NCBI GenBank assembly: GCA_045645065.1
Contig: JAZRIB010000005.1
Coordinates: forward strand, 33,746 to 97,745
Origin: Candidatus Enterousia sp.
GTDB taxonomy: Bacteria > Pseudomonadota > Alphaproteobacteria > Rs-D84
Length of the DNA stretch: 64,000 bases
Direction: 5' to 3'
Of the stretch, positions 39,556 to 50,461 are shown one piece after another. Position numbers and translations under genes: made by a program. Each line of letters begins with the position of its first letter. Within the stretch, counting starts at the first letter, position 1. A model generated the notes under the pieces. That model was not told the origin of the DNA. It saw only the letters and a program-made list of their open reading frames with translations, and made no database searches.

Positions 39556-40974
39556 ATGACAATCAGATTATATAACACATTGACGCGCAAGTTAGAAGAA
39601 TTTAAACCATTGGTTCCGGGTAAAATGGGCTTCTATACCTGTGGGCCAACGGTATATTGGGATGCGCACATTGGTAATATGCGTACTTTTGTTAACAGTG
39701 ATATTATCAAGCGTGTATTCATTGAAAACGGTTATGACGTCACACATGTCACAAATATTACAGATGTCGGCCATTTGACCAGTGACGAAGACGAAGGCGA
39801 CGATAAAATGGAAAAGGGGGCTGCCCGTGAAAATATGTCTGTATGGGACGTTGCACAAAAGTATATAGACGGTTTTTTATATGATGCGGATTTGTTAAAT
39901 ATTATCCGTCCAACACATATGCCACGTGCGACCGACCACGTTAACGAACAAATCGCATTGGTTAAGCAACTAGAAGAATTGGGCTATACATATGAAATTC
40001 CGGGCAATGGAATCTATTATGATACGTCACGGTTTGCATCATATGGTGCATTGGGGGGACAAAATTTATCGGAATTACGGGGTGGGGCACGTATTGATGA
40101 TACGGGCAAGCGTAATTCAACAGACTTTGCTTTGTGGAAATTTTCCCCAACGGATACCAAGCGTGCAATGGAATGGGACAGCCCGTGGGGCGTTGGATTC
40201 CCAGGCTGGCATATTGAATGCAGTGCAATGAGTATGAAATACCTGGGGCAGCATTTTGATTTGCATGTTGGTGGCAAAGAGCATGCCAAGGTTCATCATT
40301 CCAATGAAATTGCACAAAGTGAACCGGTTGTTGGTGCGCCTTGGGTTTCGTATTGGGTGCATTTTGAATGGCTTTTGTTAAAAGACGGTAAAATGTCCAA
40401 GTCGGCGGGGACGGCATATACTGTTCGTAATTTGGTTGAACGTGGATACGACCCGATGGCATATCGCTATTTGTTGTTACAGGGGCACTATCGTCAGCCA
40501 TTGGAATTTTCGTTTGAATCACTGGATGCTGCAACCACAGGTTATAAAAATATAGTGCGTAAATTAGCAGATTTGATTCAGTCAGAGAATCCCGGGGAAA
40601 AAGATTCAGTAGCTTATGACATGTGGCATGATAAAATTTTGGCACCGGCATCTGATAACTTTAAAACCGCAGAGTCATTGGTTGTGGTTCAGGAATTACT
40701 AAAAGACGGTTCGGTCAATCCTGCAACTAAAATCGCTTTGTTTGAATTTATAGACCGTTTGCTGGGGTTACAACTTATTGACCGTGCACAAAAATTGATT
40801 GCGCTGGAATCAGCGGTGGCACCGGCTGAAATTGTTGCGCTGGCCGAATCCCGTGCAGCTGCCAAGGCGTCCAAGGATTGGGTAACCGCGGATGCGTTGC
40901 GCGCCGAAATCGATGCAGCGGGTTGGACGGTTTTAGATTCCAAGGACGGTTATAAAATCGTCAAAAAGGCATAA
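39556..40974 (+). CDS. cysS: Cysteinyl-tRNA synthetase
   Basis: CGPTVYWDAHIGN HIGH region and GKMSKSAG KMSKS motif. Confidence 0.95.
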   Translation: MTIRLYNTLTRKLEEFKPLVPGKMGFYTCGPTVYWDAHIGNMRTFVNSDIIKRVFIENGYDVTHVTNITDVGHLTSDEDEGDDKMEKGAARENMSVWDVAQKYIDGFLYDADLLNIIRPTHMPRATDHVNEQIALVKQLEELGYTYEIPGNGIYYDTSRFASYGALGGQNLSELRGGARIDDTGKRNSTDFALWKFSPTDTKRAMEWDSPWGVGFPGWHIECSAMSMKYLGQHFDLHVGGKEHAKVHHSNEIAQSEPVVGAPWVSYWVHFEWLLLKDGKMSKSAGTAYTVRNLVERGYDPMAYRYLLLQGHYRQPLEFSFESLDAATTGYKNIVRKLADLIQSENPGEKDSVAYDMWHDKILAPASDNFKTAESLVVVQELLKDGSVNPATKIALFEFIDRLLGLQLIDRAQKLIALESAVAPAEIVALAESRAAAKASKDWVTADALRAEIDAAGWTVLDSKDGYKIVKKA

Positions 40975-41062
40975 ACACCCAAAATAAAAAAATAATAAAA
41001 ATCGGTTGAAATTGGGGTAATATTGGTGTATATTACCCCCGTAATTACAAGAGGAATTTTCC

Positions 41063-41617
41063 ATGAACTATCCATATATGCCAAAATCGACCGCCCTGTG
41101 GTTAATTGAAAATACAGCATTAACATTCGAACAAATCGCAGATTTCTGCGGTATGCACGAACTAGAAGTAAAAAGTATTGCTGATGCAGAAACATACAAA
41201 ATTCAACCATTGAACCCAGTTTTAAGCGGTCAATTAACACGCGAAGATATTGAAAGATGTGAAGCCGATGCGGACGCTCGTCTGACTTTGCGTTCTGAAA
41301 TTATTGCGGCCCAGAACAAACAAAACAAACGTGGTGTTGGTTATACGCCAAAATTACACCGTCAAAATCGCTTGGGTGGGATTTTGTGGATTGTGAAAAA
41401 TTATCCAGAATTATCCGATGGTCAAATTGCGCGTCTGATGCGCAGTACAAATCCAACGGTTGCATCTGTTCGCAATAAAACACACAATTCATATTCCTTG
41501 ATTCAAATTCAAAGCCCGATTGTGTTGGGTTTGGTGTCTGAATCTGCGATTCACGATGCAGTGGCTAAGGCGCAAAAAGCGGCCAGCAAACCTGCAAAAA
41601 AGAAAAAGAAAAAATAA
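41063..41617 (+). CDS. DUF1013-family protein conserved in alphaproteobacteria upstream of rpoD
   Basis: MPKSTALWLIENTALTFEQIADFCGMHELEV...GQLTREDI is characteristic of DUF1013. Lys-rich C-terminal tail. Confidence 0.65.
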   Translation: MNYPYMPKSTALWLIENTALTFEQIADFCGMHELEVKSIADAETYKIQPLNPVLSGQLTREDIERCEADADARLTLRSEIIAAQNKQNKRGVGYTPKLHRQNRLGGILWIVKNYPELSDGQIARLMRSTNPTVASVRNKTHNSYSLIQIQSPIVLGLVSESAIHDAVAKAQKAASKPAKKKKKK

Positions 41618-41672
41618 TAATTCTTTGCTTAAATCATAAAATTCAACATTAACAAACTGCACTGGGGTTTTA

Positions 41673-43766
41673 TTGATGGAAAGAAAACTGGATGACGCAA
41701 CAAGACTGTTAATCGAGTCTTTGCCAGAAAATTTGCAAAAATTAGCTGAATCCGCAATGGAAGTCGGCTATATGTCCCAAATGGACTTTGCGGCTGCGAC
41801 TGCTGCGGACGAAGTTCCCGATGAAGAACAGGACGAAGTTCTGGACTTTTTCCAACAGGATTTGGGCTTAGAGGTTTTAGAATCTGATTCATATCCCCGT
41901 GATTTGGGTAAATATTATGACGAAGACGACTCGGATGAGCCACGCGATAAAACACGTAATTTATTGAATGCGGATGCCGAACAGGTTGACGTCAACGATG
42001 ATGACTATGAACATTATGCCAAACAATTGGAACGCAGCCAGACGGGTTCGCTGGTTTTAGGGGTTCAGGATTCTGTTCAGTCTTATTTGAAACAAATTGG
42101 CACGGTGCAATTGTTGACCGCCGCTGGCGAAGTTGCAATTGCCCAGCGTATTGAGGCTGCATCACGTTTAATGGTATACGGCCTGTGCGAAAGTCCAATG
42201 ACGATTAAAGCAATGTTGGATTGGTATCAACAGTTGTTAAACGAAGATATTCGTCTGCGCTATATCGTCAACCTGGAAGTGATGTATTCCAGTGATTCTG
42301 AACAAAAATCATTGGCTGCATTATCCGAAGCCCTGAAATCTAAAGGGGTTGAACACGTTGATGAACTGGACGATGATGATTTAGATGATTTAGCAGACGC
42401 CACCGTTGATGACAGCGAAGATGACGAAGAAGATGATTTAGATGACGAAGAAGACGGTATCAAAAAAGAAGATACACCACGCAGCACGTCTGGGGTTCCA
42501 ATTCCTGTGATGGAAGAATCTTTGATGCCGATGGTGACGGAACTGTTTACCAAGATTAAGCGTATCTTTAACAGTATGCAGAAATTACAGGCAAAACGTT
42601 TGGAAAATCTGTTGACATCGGATACGCCGGATGCGGCCCTTGAAAAGAAATATAATAAAATGCGTCTGGAACTGTTCGAACACGTCAGCAAGATTCGCTT
42701 AAACGATGACCGTGTTGCAGAAATTCTGGAACAATTGACGAAACGCGACCAGTTGTTGATGGGGTTGGAAGGCAAGTTATTGCGTCTTGCCATGGCGAAC
42801 AAGGTTAAACGCGAAGATTTCTTGGCCGAATATGCTGGCAATGAATTAAACCGCAATTGGGTTAAAAAGTTAGCAAAACATAAAAATCCAGTATGGTCTA
42901 ATTTTGCGAAAAAACATGAAAAAGATATCTTGAAAATCCAAGAAGATATCACTGCAATCGCAACCGAAACAGGCCAGCCAACAACCGAATATAAAAAGGT
43001 CGTTGAATTGGTTCGTCGTGGCCAGGCCGAAGCTGCCCGTGCTAAACGTGAAATGATAGAAGCAAACTTGCGTTTGGTTATCAAATTTGCTAAAAAATCC
43101 AGCAATCGTGGTCTGGGGCTGGATTTTTCTGACTTGGTTCAAGATGGTAATATCGGTTTGATGAAGGCGGTTGATAAATTTGATTATCGTTTGGGTAATA
43201 AATTTTCAACCTATGCGACAAACTGGATTCAACAGGGGATTTCACGCAGTATCGCCGACCAGGCGCGTACAATCCGTATTCCTGTGCATATGATTGATAA
43301 TATCCACAAGATTCAGCGTGCCACACGCCAGTTTATGCATAAATATGGTCGTCAACCAACCGCCGAAGAATTGTCCAAGATTATCTATCTGCCGGTGGAC
43401 AAGATTCACAAAGCGATGAAGGTTAATCTGAAACCTATTTCCCTTGAAGCACCCGTCGGCACCGAAGACGACAGTTCGCGTATCGAAATTATTGCGGACG
43501 AAACGGCGAAAAATCCGTTCACATCGGCCGCACAAAAGAATCTGCGTAAAATTGTTACCCAGATTCTGTCCGAACTGGATCCTAAGGAAGAAACAGTCTT
43601 GCGTCAACGCTTTGGTATGTCGACGAACAAGACCAGCACCCTGGAAGAGGTTGGTGAATACATCGGTGTTACCCGTGAACGTATCCGCCAGATTGAACAA
43701 AAGGCGTTGAATAAATTGAAACACCCAACACGTGCACGCAAATTGCGCAGTTTCTTAGAGGATTAA
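41673..43766 (+). CDS. rpoD: RNA polymerase sigma factor RpoD (sigma-70) with acidic insertion
   Basis: Regions 1.2 to 4.2 recognisable ([35 protein letters not shown]-like, [12 protein letters not shown]). Asp/Glu-rich non-conserved region. Confidence 0.95.
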   Translation: [697 protein letters not shown]

Positions 43767-43780
43767 AAGGAGATACAGGT

Positions 43781-44179
43781 ATGAAGAATAACTTTAATTC
43801 GGCAAATCAGAAAATACAGAATCTAATGACGTTTTATGACAAGTTGGATCATTTGCCAAATCGTAATCAATGGCATTTTGAACCACAATACCAAGATGGT
43901 ATTTCCTGTGCGTTCGTGTTTTCTCATACAACAACCGATGTGTCAAAGCGATGGGATGATTTGAATCTGTTGGCGAACGTATTATCGCAAGGCGGAATTA
44001 AGGCTGGCATTATTGCCAGGAACGGCCTTGTGTCGGATGTTATTATTAAGCCAGAATATACTGAACTGGCCCGAAAAATATTCGCTAAATATCAGATAGG
44101 CGAACAAAATTCTGGCAAGATTAGTCATACGTTACTGGAACAGGAATGGTTGCGCAAGGTTCAAGAGAATCAGCTGTAA
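43781..44179 (+). CDS. Hypothetical protein (132 aa)
   Basis: ORF with an AAGGAG RBS 6 nt upstream. No family recognised. Confidence 0.45.
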   Translation: MKNNFNSANQKIQNLMTFYDKLDHLPNRNQWHFEPQYQDGISCAFVFSHTTTDVSKRWDDLNLLANVLSQGGIKAGIIARNGLVSDVIIKPEYTELARKIFAKYQIGEQNSGKISHTLLEQEWLRKVQENQL

Positions 44180-44231
44180 TGGCTGATTTTCTTTATTATA
44201 AAGGTGGATTAAAATAGATAAGAAAACGCTT

Positions 44232-44816
44232 TTGTTTTGTAATGGTTTATCAGGGGCTGGCAAAACTTATTTTATCCAAAATACATTGCCCGATGGGTTG
44301 TTTTATAATTTGCGATCCGCGACAACACGCCCAATGCGTCCAGGTGAATCCGAAGGATTACCGTACTTCTTTCGTGACGAAGCATATTTTGATACTGCGC
44401 CTTTGGCAACACGTTTGTGGGTAAATCGTGATTTTTGGACGCCTGGGACACCGAAATGGATGTACGGAATTCCAGAATTTGAAATTTATGAAAATCTGGG
44501 GAAAAATTTAATTTATGATGTTATCCAGCCATGCTATACCCGTCAATTAATTGATTGGTTCAAGTCGCACGGTCTGGATTGTGAATATAATTTTCGTGTT
44601 GCGTATTTTTTATCGCCAGAACAAAATCTTGAAACTGCGCGCGCTCGCGCAAATATGCCAAACGATGCCGCTGTACGCCAGACAAACACCTGTGACCCGA
44701 TTGATTTTTTAAAAGCGGGTATTGACCCAGATTATATATTAATGCCACGCCTTGGGCTTTATAATTCGCGTTTGGCGGCACATATTAAACGATTACAGCA
44801 TAATAAAACAAAATAA
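44232..44816 (+). CDS. Guanylate-kinase-like P-loop kinase (divergent), apparent TTG start
   Basis: NGLSGAGKT Walker A and RSATTRPMRPGESEGLPYFF resembling the Gmk motif S.TTR.PR.GE.dG..Y.F. The only in-frame start after the upstream stop is TTG at 44232. Confidence 0.45.
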   Translation: MFCNGLSGAGKTYFIQNTLPDGLFYNLRSATTRPMRPGESEGLPYFFRDEAYFDTAPLATRLWVNRDFWTPGTPKWMYGIPEFEIYENLGKNLIYDVIQPCYTRQLIDWFKSHGLDCEYNFRVAYFLSPEQNLETARARANMPNDAAVRQTNTCDPIDFLKAGIDPDYILMPRLGLYNSRLAAHIKRLQHNKTK

Positions 44817-44921
44817 ATATCCCGATAAAATTTTGTTGTATGATTTCACAATCAAAATTATCCCCTTGCACAAGGGTTGAATATTTAATACCATACACAC
44901 CAAGAAAGAAAGGGGATATAA

Positions 44922-46226
44922 ATGAAGCGCATTTTTGTTTTTCCTGCTTTGCTGTTATTGGCTGCGTGTTCCAGTGCGGGTGATGCATATAATATTGGTC
45001 GCAATATCGACAGTGTTGGTGCATCTAATGCCCGTGTAACAGGTATGCGTACCTCGGTTGACAACCGGCTTGAGGTTATAGATTATGCGCAAAAAACCGG
45101 TGTTTTATCTCTTTCGGAATCTGCATCTGATAATGGTGGTGCTGGCGTATCACGTGTTGGTTTTTATGGGCCTGGACTAAATCGTGAACCAAACGTTCGC
45201 GAACCCGAAAGTGAAAAATTAAGCACATATTATCAGGCTGCTTTGACTGCGTTCCAAGATATGCTTAAAATTCACAACGATGGAATTTCTGATGATATGT
45301 CGGTTAACGCTGTTAAAAACGCATATTTAATCGCGGGTGGTACTGACACATTCGAAGATTTAACAAATGATGAAGTTAAGGGCTTTATTGACGCAAATTA
45401 TGAATCTGTCTTAGATAGGTTTTTTAATTTTGATTTACAACAATCTGTCTGGCAGTTTGAGCCTAAACAACAATCCTTGCAAGATGTAAAAATGAAAATG
45501 GTTTCTGGGGATGATGTTTTGACATTTTCATTGGATGATAACGGTCAAATCATCGCCGCATATTTTGGGGACAACGGATATACCCGTACAGGTTCAAATA
45601 CACACGTTTTCTGGCGCAAAGACCCTGATTCAGGCGATGAAACAACAATGACTTTATCGGCGGGACATAAATTAAAATATTCTGATTATGGGCAAATTGT
45701 CATGACGACCAATCACACAGATTCATCCCCAAAAACTGTTGTGCGTAATGTGTTTGCTGGCGGTTATGATTTGAAAAATATCAATCGTGAAAAAGTGCGT
45801 GAAATGGTTCAAGAATCCGATGCGCTTTATTTCACTGGCACCGCATTGGGTATGGTTAGTGGCACAGACGGTTCTGTATTGCCGATAAGTGGTGATGCAA
45901 CCTTAAACGTTATGAATGATTCATCTGGAACAGAACGACTGGATATTAAATTTTCTGACAAGAATTGGTACGATGTTGTTGTTGTTAATAATGGTCTGAC
46001 CCAAGTCATAGAGTTTAAGCCAAATGATTCTGTTGCGACAAAATATACCCTTACGGAATTAAGTCCATCTGGGACATATGACGGAATGAATCTAGAATAT
46101 TATGGTGACCGTGGTGTTCCTGGGGAATTTGTTGGCACTATGACGTATACCGATGGCACAAATGGTGTTTCGATGAACGCTGCATTCGGTGGCACACTAA
46201 CAAAACCAGAAACCACAACACCATAA
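44922..46226 (+). CDS. Lipoprotein, hypothetical (434 aa)
   Basis: Lipobox LLAACS. Terminator hairpin at 46246-46285. Confidence 0.5.
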   Translation: MKRIFVFPALLLLAACSSAGDAYNIGRNIDSVGASNARVTGMRTSVDNRLEVIDYAQKTGVLSLSESASDNGGAGVSRVGFYGPGLNREPNVREPESEKLSTYYQAALTAFQDMLKIHNDGISDDMSVNAVKNAYLIAGGTDTFEDLTNDEVKGFIDANYESVLDRFFNFDLQQSVWQFEPKQQSLQDVKMKMVSGDDVLTFSLDDNGQIIAAYFGDNGYTRTGSNTHVFWRKDPDSGDETTMTLSAGHKLKYSDYGQIVMTTNHTDSSPKTVVRNVFAGGYDLKNINREKVREMVQESDALYFTGTALGMVSGTDGSVLPISGDATLNVMNDSSGTERLDIKFSDKNWYDVVVVNNGLTQVIEFKPNDSVATKYTLTELSPSGTYDGMNLEYYGDRGVPGEFVGTMTYTDGTNGVSMNAAFGGTLTKPETTTP

Positions 46227-46389
46227 CATATGTGTATTTAGATATACTGTACCAGACATCATTTTGTTATCATGATGTCTGTTTTTTTATGTCTAAATAC
46301 AGTGAAAAAATATGTAATTTTTCTTGTTTTTTTCATGATATTTTGCTTGCTCGAATTTTCTTAAATTTGCTACACTATCACATATAAGG

Positions 46390-49300
46390 ATGAAGGGATT
46401 TAAGTTGCTTTTTGCGCTGTGCCTTGCGTTGCCTGGGATTGGTGGTGCGTGGGGTGCTGAATCAGACGACGCTGTCCGCGCCGCTACACGTCGTGGTGCA
46501 ACAAATACTGTTACATCCAGTCGTCAAAAATCAAACACGCCAACCGCCGCCCAGAACACTGGTTCGATTGCCCGTATTACAAATGTAAATGACACATCGG
46601 GTACAAATGCCCGCGAACGTGCGGTATCATCGCGTGGCATTTCAAATGTTTCGCGTTCGGTTGTTGTGCCATCGGATAAATCTGTGTCATCACGTACTGC
46701 AACAAATGGTGTATCACGTCCATCGGTTGCGACGCGCGCATCAACAACGGGGTCTGGGGGGCGTTCATCTGTGGCGGGTCGTGTGGCGCGTACGGCGACG
46801 ACTGCATCTGCGACGCGTTCTGGGAACACGTCGACTGGCACGACGCGTCGCGCATCTGTATCACGTGGCGCGATTATTTCCGACACGGTTCAGTCAATGC
46901 GTGATGCGATTATGAATTCCAACGCGACAGAATGTCGTAATGTTTATTACCAGTGTATGGATGAATTTTGTGCCAACAAAGACAGCCAACTAAAACGTTG
47001 TGCATGTTCATCACGTCTGCATGAATTTGACAGCGTGAAAAAGCAACTTGAAACAGTCGAAGACAAAATGTTGGATTTTTCCCAACGTCTTTTGACGGTC
47101 AGTATGGATGCCGAAGATGCAGCGGCATTAAACATCGCCACCGAAGGGGAATTGGCGTTCAATAAAAAAGACACATCCCAGTCAAAAAAAATATTGGATG
47201 AAATAACCAAAAAATTAAATACAAAATTTGATGATGAATCATTTGATCGCAATTTAACTGCGATATCATTGTCGCTTAACGAAGACGCCGCATTTGATAA
47301 TGTAGATTCATTGATGGGTGCGTCAACAACATTAAAAACAGGCACAGCGTTATACAGTGCGGCATTACCTGTGTGTCGTCAAATGGCCTCAGAAGTATGC
47401 ACCCCTGACCAGTTATCCATTGCCGAAAGTGGTTATCAAATGATGATTGAACAGGATTGTAACACTGTGAAAAAATCATATCAAACACAAACAGACACCG
47501 CCCGTGCCAAGGTTCTTGAAAACAGTGCCTTGCTGGATATGTCCCGCCTTAGCACACACCAAGACAGAAATTCTGACGATATCTTAACATGCAAACGCAA
47601 AATGCTTGATATGTTAAGTGACACATCAATTTGTGGTGATGATTTGACCAAATGTCTGGACATGACTGGGCAATACATTGATCCGCTAACAGGGCAAGCA
47701 TTTTTAACCACAAACCTTGCAAATCTTAGCCAACTTATCACGCGTCCTGGTGCGAATGAAACATGGTCTGGGGTACCGGGCAACGAACCGTTTGTTCGTC
47801 ATCTGAATTCTAAAAAGAAATTTTTAGAACCTGCAATGGCGCATTGTGAAAATATTGCGGATTCTGTTTGGGACGGTTTTGTCGAAGATGCCTTGGCGCA
47901 AATCAAACTGGCCCAAGATGCCAAACTAGAAACCGTTCGTCAATCATGTACAACCTTAACGGCCCAGTGTTTATCAGACGCAACAAAAACATTGGCTGAT
48001 TTTGATGCACGCGCATTATCAACATTTGGCGTTATCGCTGACAAAACCGTTGGCGCGATGTGTGCAGATGTGAAAAACGCGTGCAGTGCGCTTATGAAGG
48101 GAACAACCAGTGACCGCGACGACAGTTGGACAGGCGGTATAACCGAAATCGCAGACGATCAAACATACGATACGATTATCAAAACCTGTCGAGAAGTTGG
48201 ACGCAACTGTATCATCCAGGCATGTAAATCTACGTCTGGTAATTTTGGTTTATGTGAAGATATTGAAAATTCCGTTAATCGCCAGTCGATTATTAACGGT
48301 ACCGCCTGTTGGCAAGAAGTTTTGGATTGTGTTGCCACCGCAGACAGTAACGCCATTGATCGTATTATGGAAAATCTGCTTGATCGTGAAATTGTAAATT
48401 CCTGGAAATTTCATCGACAAGTATGGTCTGGCACTTATAATGAAAATTCATTAATTACTCCGTTATATTCTTTCTATAATAATTTATACTTTAAAAGAGG
48501 TACTAGCACATATTGGCCATCAAGTGTTAGCAATTCTTCAACTTGCATATCAAAAGATAAGAATTGCGTATATGATTTATGTGTCGGCAAAGGTGAATGT
48601 AAACCAATTAATGCATCTGACGTAGAACAAAATATCAATACAAGATGCAAACGTTGTCGTATTGCCGAACGTATCTGGGGTAATTGTGAGGTTGAACCAC
48701 ATACTCCTTTAACACTAAAACAAGATCCGAATAATACAATTATACCGCATAATAAAATTAAAAAAACAATAAATGGTGATGATACATTGTTATATTGGTT
48801 TGCATTAAATACTGGTACCGAAGATGCAAACAATTCATGTGTGGATACATCATGTGGACCGGGGTATCGTAAGTATACAAACACGGACTTAGGCATAGAA
48901 GATATGTGTGTCAGCGAAGATAAGTTTACCATAGACGGCAAATTCTGTATGTCAACATCAACAGGTGAGGATTCCGAAACAGGTGAGGCTGCCGAACCCA
49001 CTACCGATGCAACTCTAGATGCGTTGACGCCTTTTAGTGTAGCCGCTGGGCAAGCCAACTGTTGTACAGAAGGCATACTGGATGCATGGGGTAATTGTTG
49101 CAGTAATTCTGTTACTGTGTCATACGATGCGGGTGATTCAAACATATATGGTAGCGTCGTCAATACTATTGAAAACGCCAAAGTATGCGTGCCAAATGAA
49201 AATGCGGAATACGTATTAACGTTTGCCGTTGATCATACTGCTGATACTGCTAAGTATTACACTGGTGATCAATACGCTTTGATATGCATAGGTACATTGA

Positions 49301-49626
49301 ATACAGATGGCGAAAACATAGAATGTGTCGGAACATACCTGATTGTAGATATTAATAATGGTCGTTATTATTATCCAGATTATGATGAACCAATCCCAGG
49401 ATTTAATATGTCATACATAATTGATAACGGAAAACTAAAATGTCAATATGAATATACTGAAAATAACGACAACACGTACTCGTGGAAGTGGGTTGCATAT
49501 ACCAGAACTAACATAAATACCGAAAACTGGAGCTTAGCCCCCACCAGAAATACTGAATGTAAGTCTGTATTTAATGCTACTAATACTGACGGTGACCCTT
49601 CGTATCAATACAATATATCTTTTTAA
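46390..49626 (+). CDS. Large secreted Cys-rich protein, paralog B (1078 aa)
   Basis: Signal peptide. A ~150 aa Ser/Thr/Arg/Asn/Gly low-complexity region. A Cys-rich region whose first block (ECRNVYYQCMDEFCANKDSQLKRCACSSRLHEFDSVKKQLE) aligns with the 19977 gene. More than 60 Cys. Confidence 0.6.
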   Translation: MKGFKLLFALCLALPGIGGAWGAESDDAVRAATRRGATNTVTSSRQKSNTPTAAQNTGSIARITNVNDTSGTNARERAVSSRGISNVSRSVVVPSDKSVSSRTATNGVSRPSVATRASTTGSGGRSSVAGRVARTATTASATRSGNTSTGTTRRASVSRGAIISDTVQSMRDAIMNSNATECRNVYYQCMDEFCANKDSQLKRCACSSRLHEFDSVKKQLETVEDKMLDFSQRLLTVSMDAEDAAALNIATEGELAFNKKDTSQSKKILDEITKKLNTKFDDESFDRNLTAISLSLNEDAAFDNVDSLMGASTTLKTGTALYSAALPVCRQMASEVCTPDQLSIAESGYQMMIEQDCNTVKKSYQTQTDTARAKVLENSALLDMSRLSTHQDRNSDDILTCKRKMLDMLSDTSICGDDLTKCLDMTGQYIDPLTGQAFLTTNLANLSQLITRPGANETWSGVPGNEPFVRHLNSKKKFLEPAMAHCENIADSVWDGFVEDALAQIKLAQDAKLETVRQSCTTLTAQCLSDATKTLADFDARALSTFGVIADKTVGAMCADVKNACSALMKGTTSDRDDSWTGGITEIADDQTYDTIIKTCREVGRNCIIQACKSTSGNFGLCEDIENSVNRQSIINGTACWQEVLDCVATADSNAIDRIMENLLDREIVNSWKFHRQVWSGTYNENSLITPLYSFYNNLYFKRGTSTYWPSSVSNSSTCISKDKNCVYDLCVGKGECKPINASDVEQNINTRCKRCRIAERIWGNCEVEPHTPLTLKQDPNNTIIPHNKIKKTINGDDTLLYWFALNTGTEDANNSCVDTSCGPGYRKYTNTDLGIEDMCVSEDKFTIDGKFCMSTSTGEDSETGEAAEPTTDATLDALTPFSVAAGQANCCTEGILDAWGNCCSNSVTVSYDAGDSNIYGSVVNTIENAKVCVPNENAEYVLTFAVDHTADTAKYYTGDQYALICIGTLNTDGENIECVGTYLIVDINNGRYYYPDYDEPIPGFNMSYIIDNGKLKCQYEYTENNDNTYSWKWVAYTRTNINTENWSLAPTRNTECKSVFNATNTDGDPSYQYNISF

Positions 49627-49702
49627 TCATACCAATAAAAACACCTGACAAAAATGCCATGTTGATTACACGGATTTAAGTTCAGGTGTTTTTTATATAT
49701 CC

Positions 49703-50461
49703 TCAGAATTGAATTTTTGGATATAATTGTTTCGTGTTTTCTTCCAGAATATGTTCCAGTTCGGATAATTTTACCCCCTTAACATCGGCCAGTACACGTG
49801 CTGTTTCAATAACCATTGCCGGTTCGCATGGTGTTCCGCGATATGGAACAGGTGCGCAATATGGGGCGTCTGTTTCGATAACGATACGATTGATTGGAAT
49901 CTTGGCAAACGTTTCACGCACTTCACTTGAATTTTTGAATGTTAAAATACCGCTGGCTGAAAACATAAAACCACGATCCAGCATTTTTTTTGCCAAATTC
50001 CATGAACTGGTATAGCAATGCATAACACCACGAACATCACCGGTCAAGATATTGGCGGTGTCATCTTCGGCTTCACGTGTATGGATTGCCACGGGCAGGG
50101 CGCATCTGCGTGCGATATCCAATTGGCGTTCAAACAATTCGATTTGTTGTGTTCGTGTATCTGCGCCATAGTGATAATCCAGTCCGATTTCACCAATTCC
50201 AACAACACGCGGATCGTTCAAAATATCATCTGTTAAAAACAAGTCTGGATTAGCATCAACATATTCTGGGTGAATACCAATGGTGCAATAAACATTATCG
50301 TGCAGGTGTGCTATGTGCAGTGCGCTGGGGATGTCGTTTGGATCGGCGGTTGGGCAAATCATAATTCCGACCCCTGCTGCCATTGCGTTTTCTATTGCGC
50401 GGTCTGCGTCGCCACCGCCGCATAATCTGTCTGTTAAATGACAATGTGTATCTATAAACAT
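49703..50461 (-). CDS. tatD: TatD-family metal-dependent DNase/hydrolase
   Basis: MFIDTHCHL start and conserved His/Asp/Glu TIM-barrel motifs. Confidence 0.85.
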   Translation of the reverse strand: MFIDTHCHLTDRLCGGGDADRAIENAMAAGVGIMICPTADPNDIPSALHIAHLHDNVYCTIGIHPEYVDANPDLFLTDDILNDPRVVGIGEIGLDYHYGADTRTQQIELFERQLDIARRCALPVAIHTREAEDDTANILTGDVRGVMHCYTSSWNLAKKMLDRGFMFSASGILTFKNSSEVRETFAKIPINRIVIETDAPYCAPVPYRGTPCEPAMVIETARVLADVKGVKLSELEHILEENTKQLYPKIQF

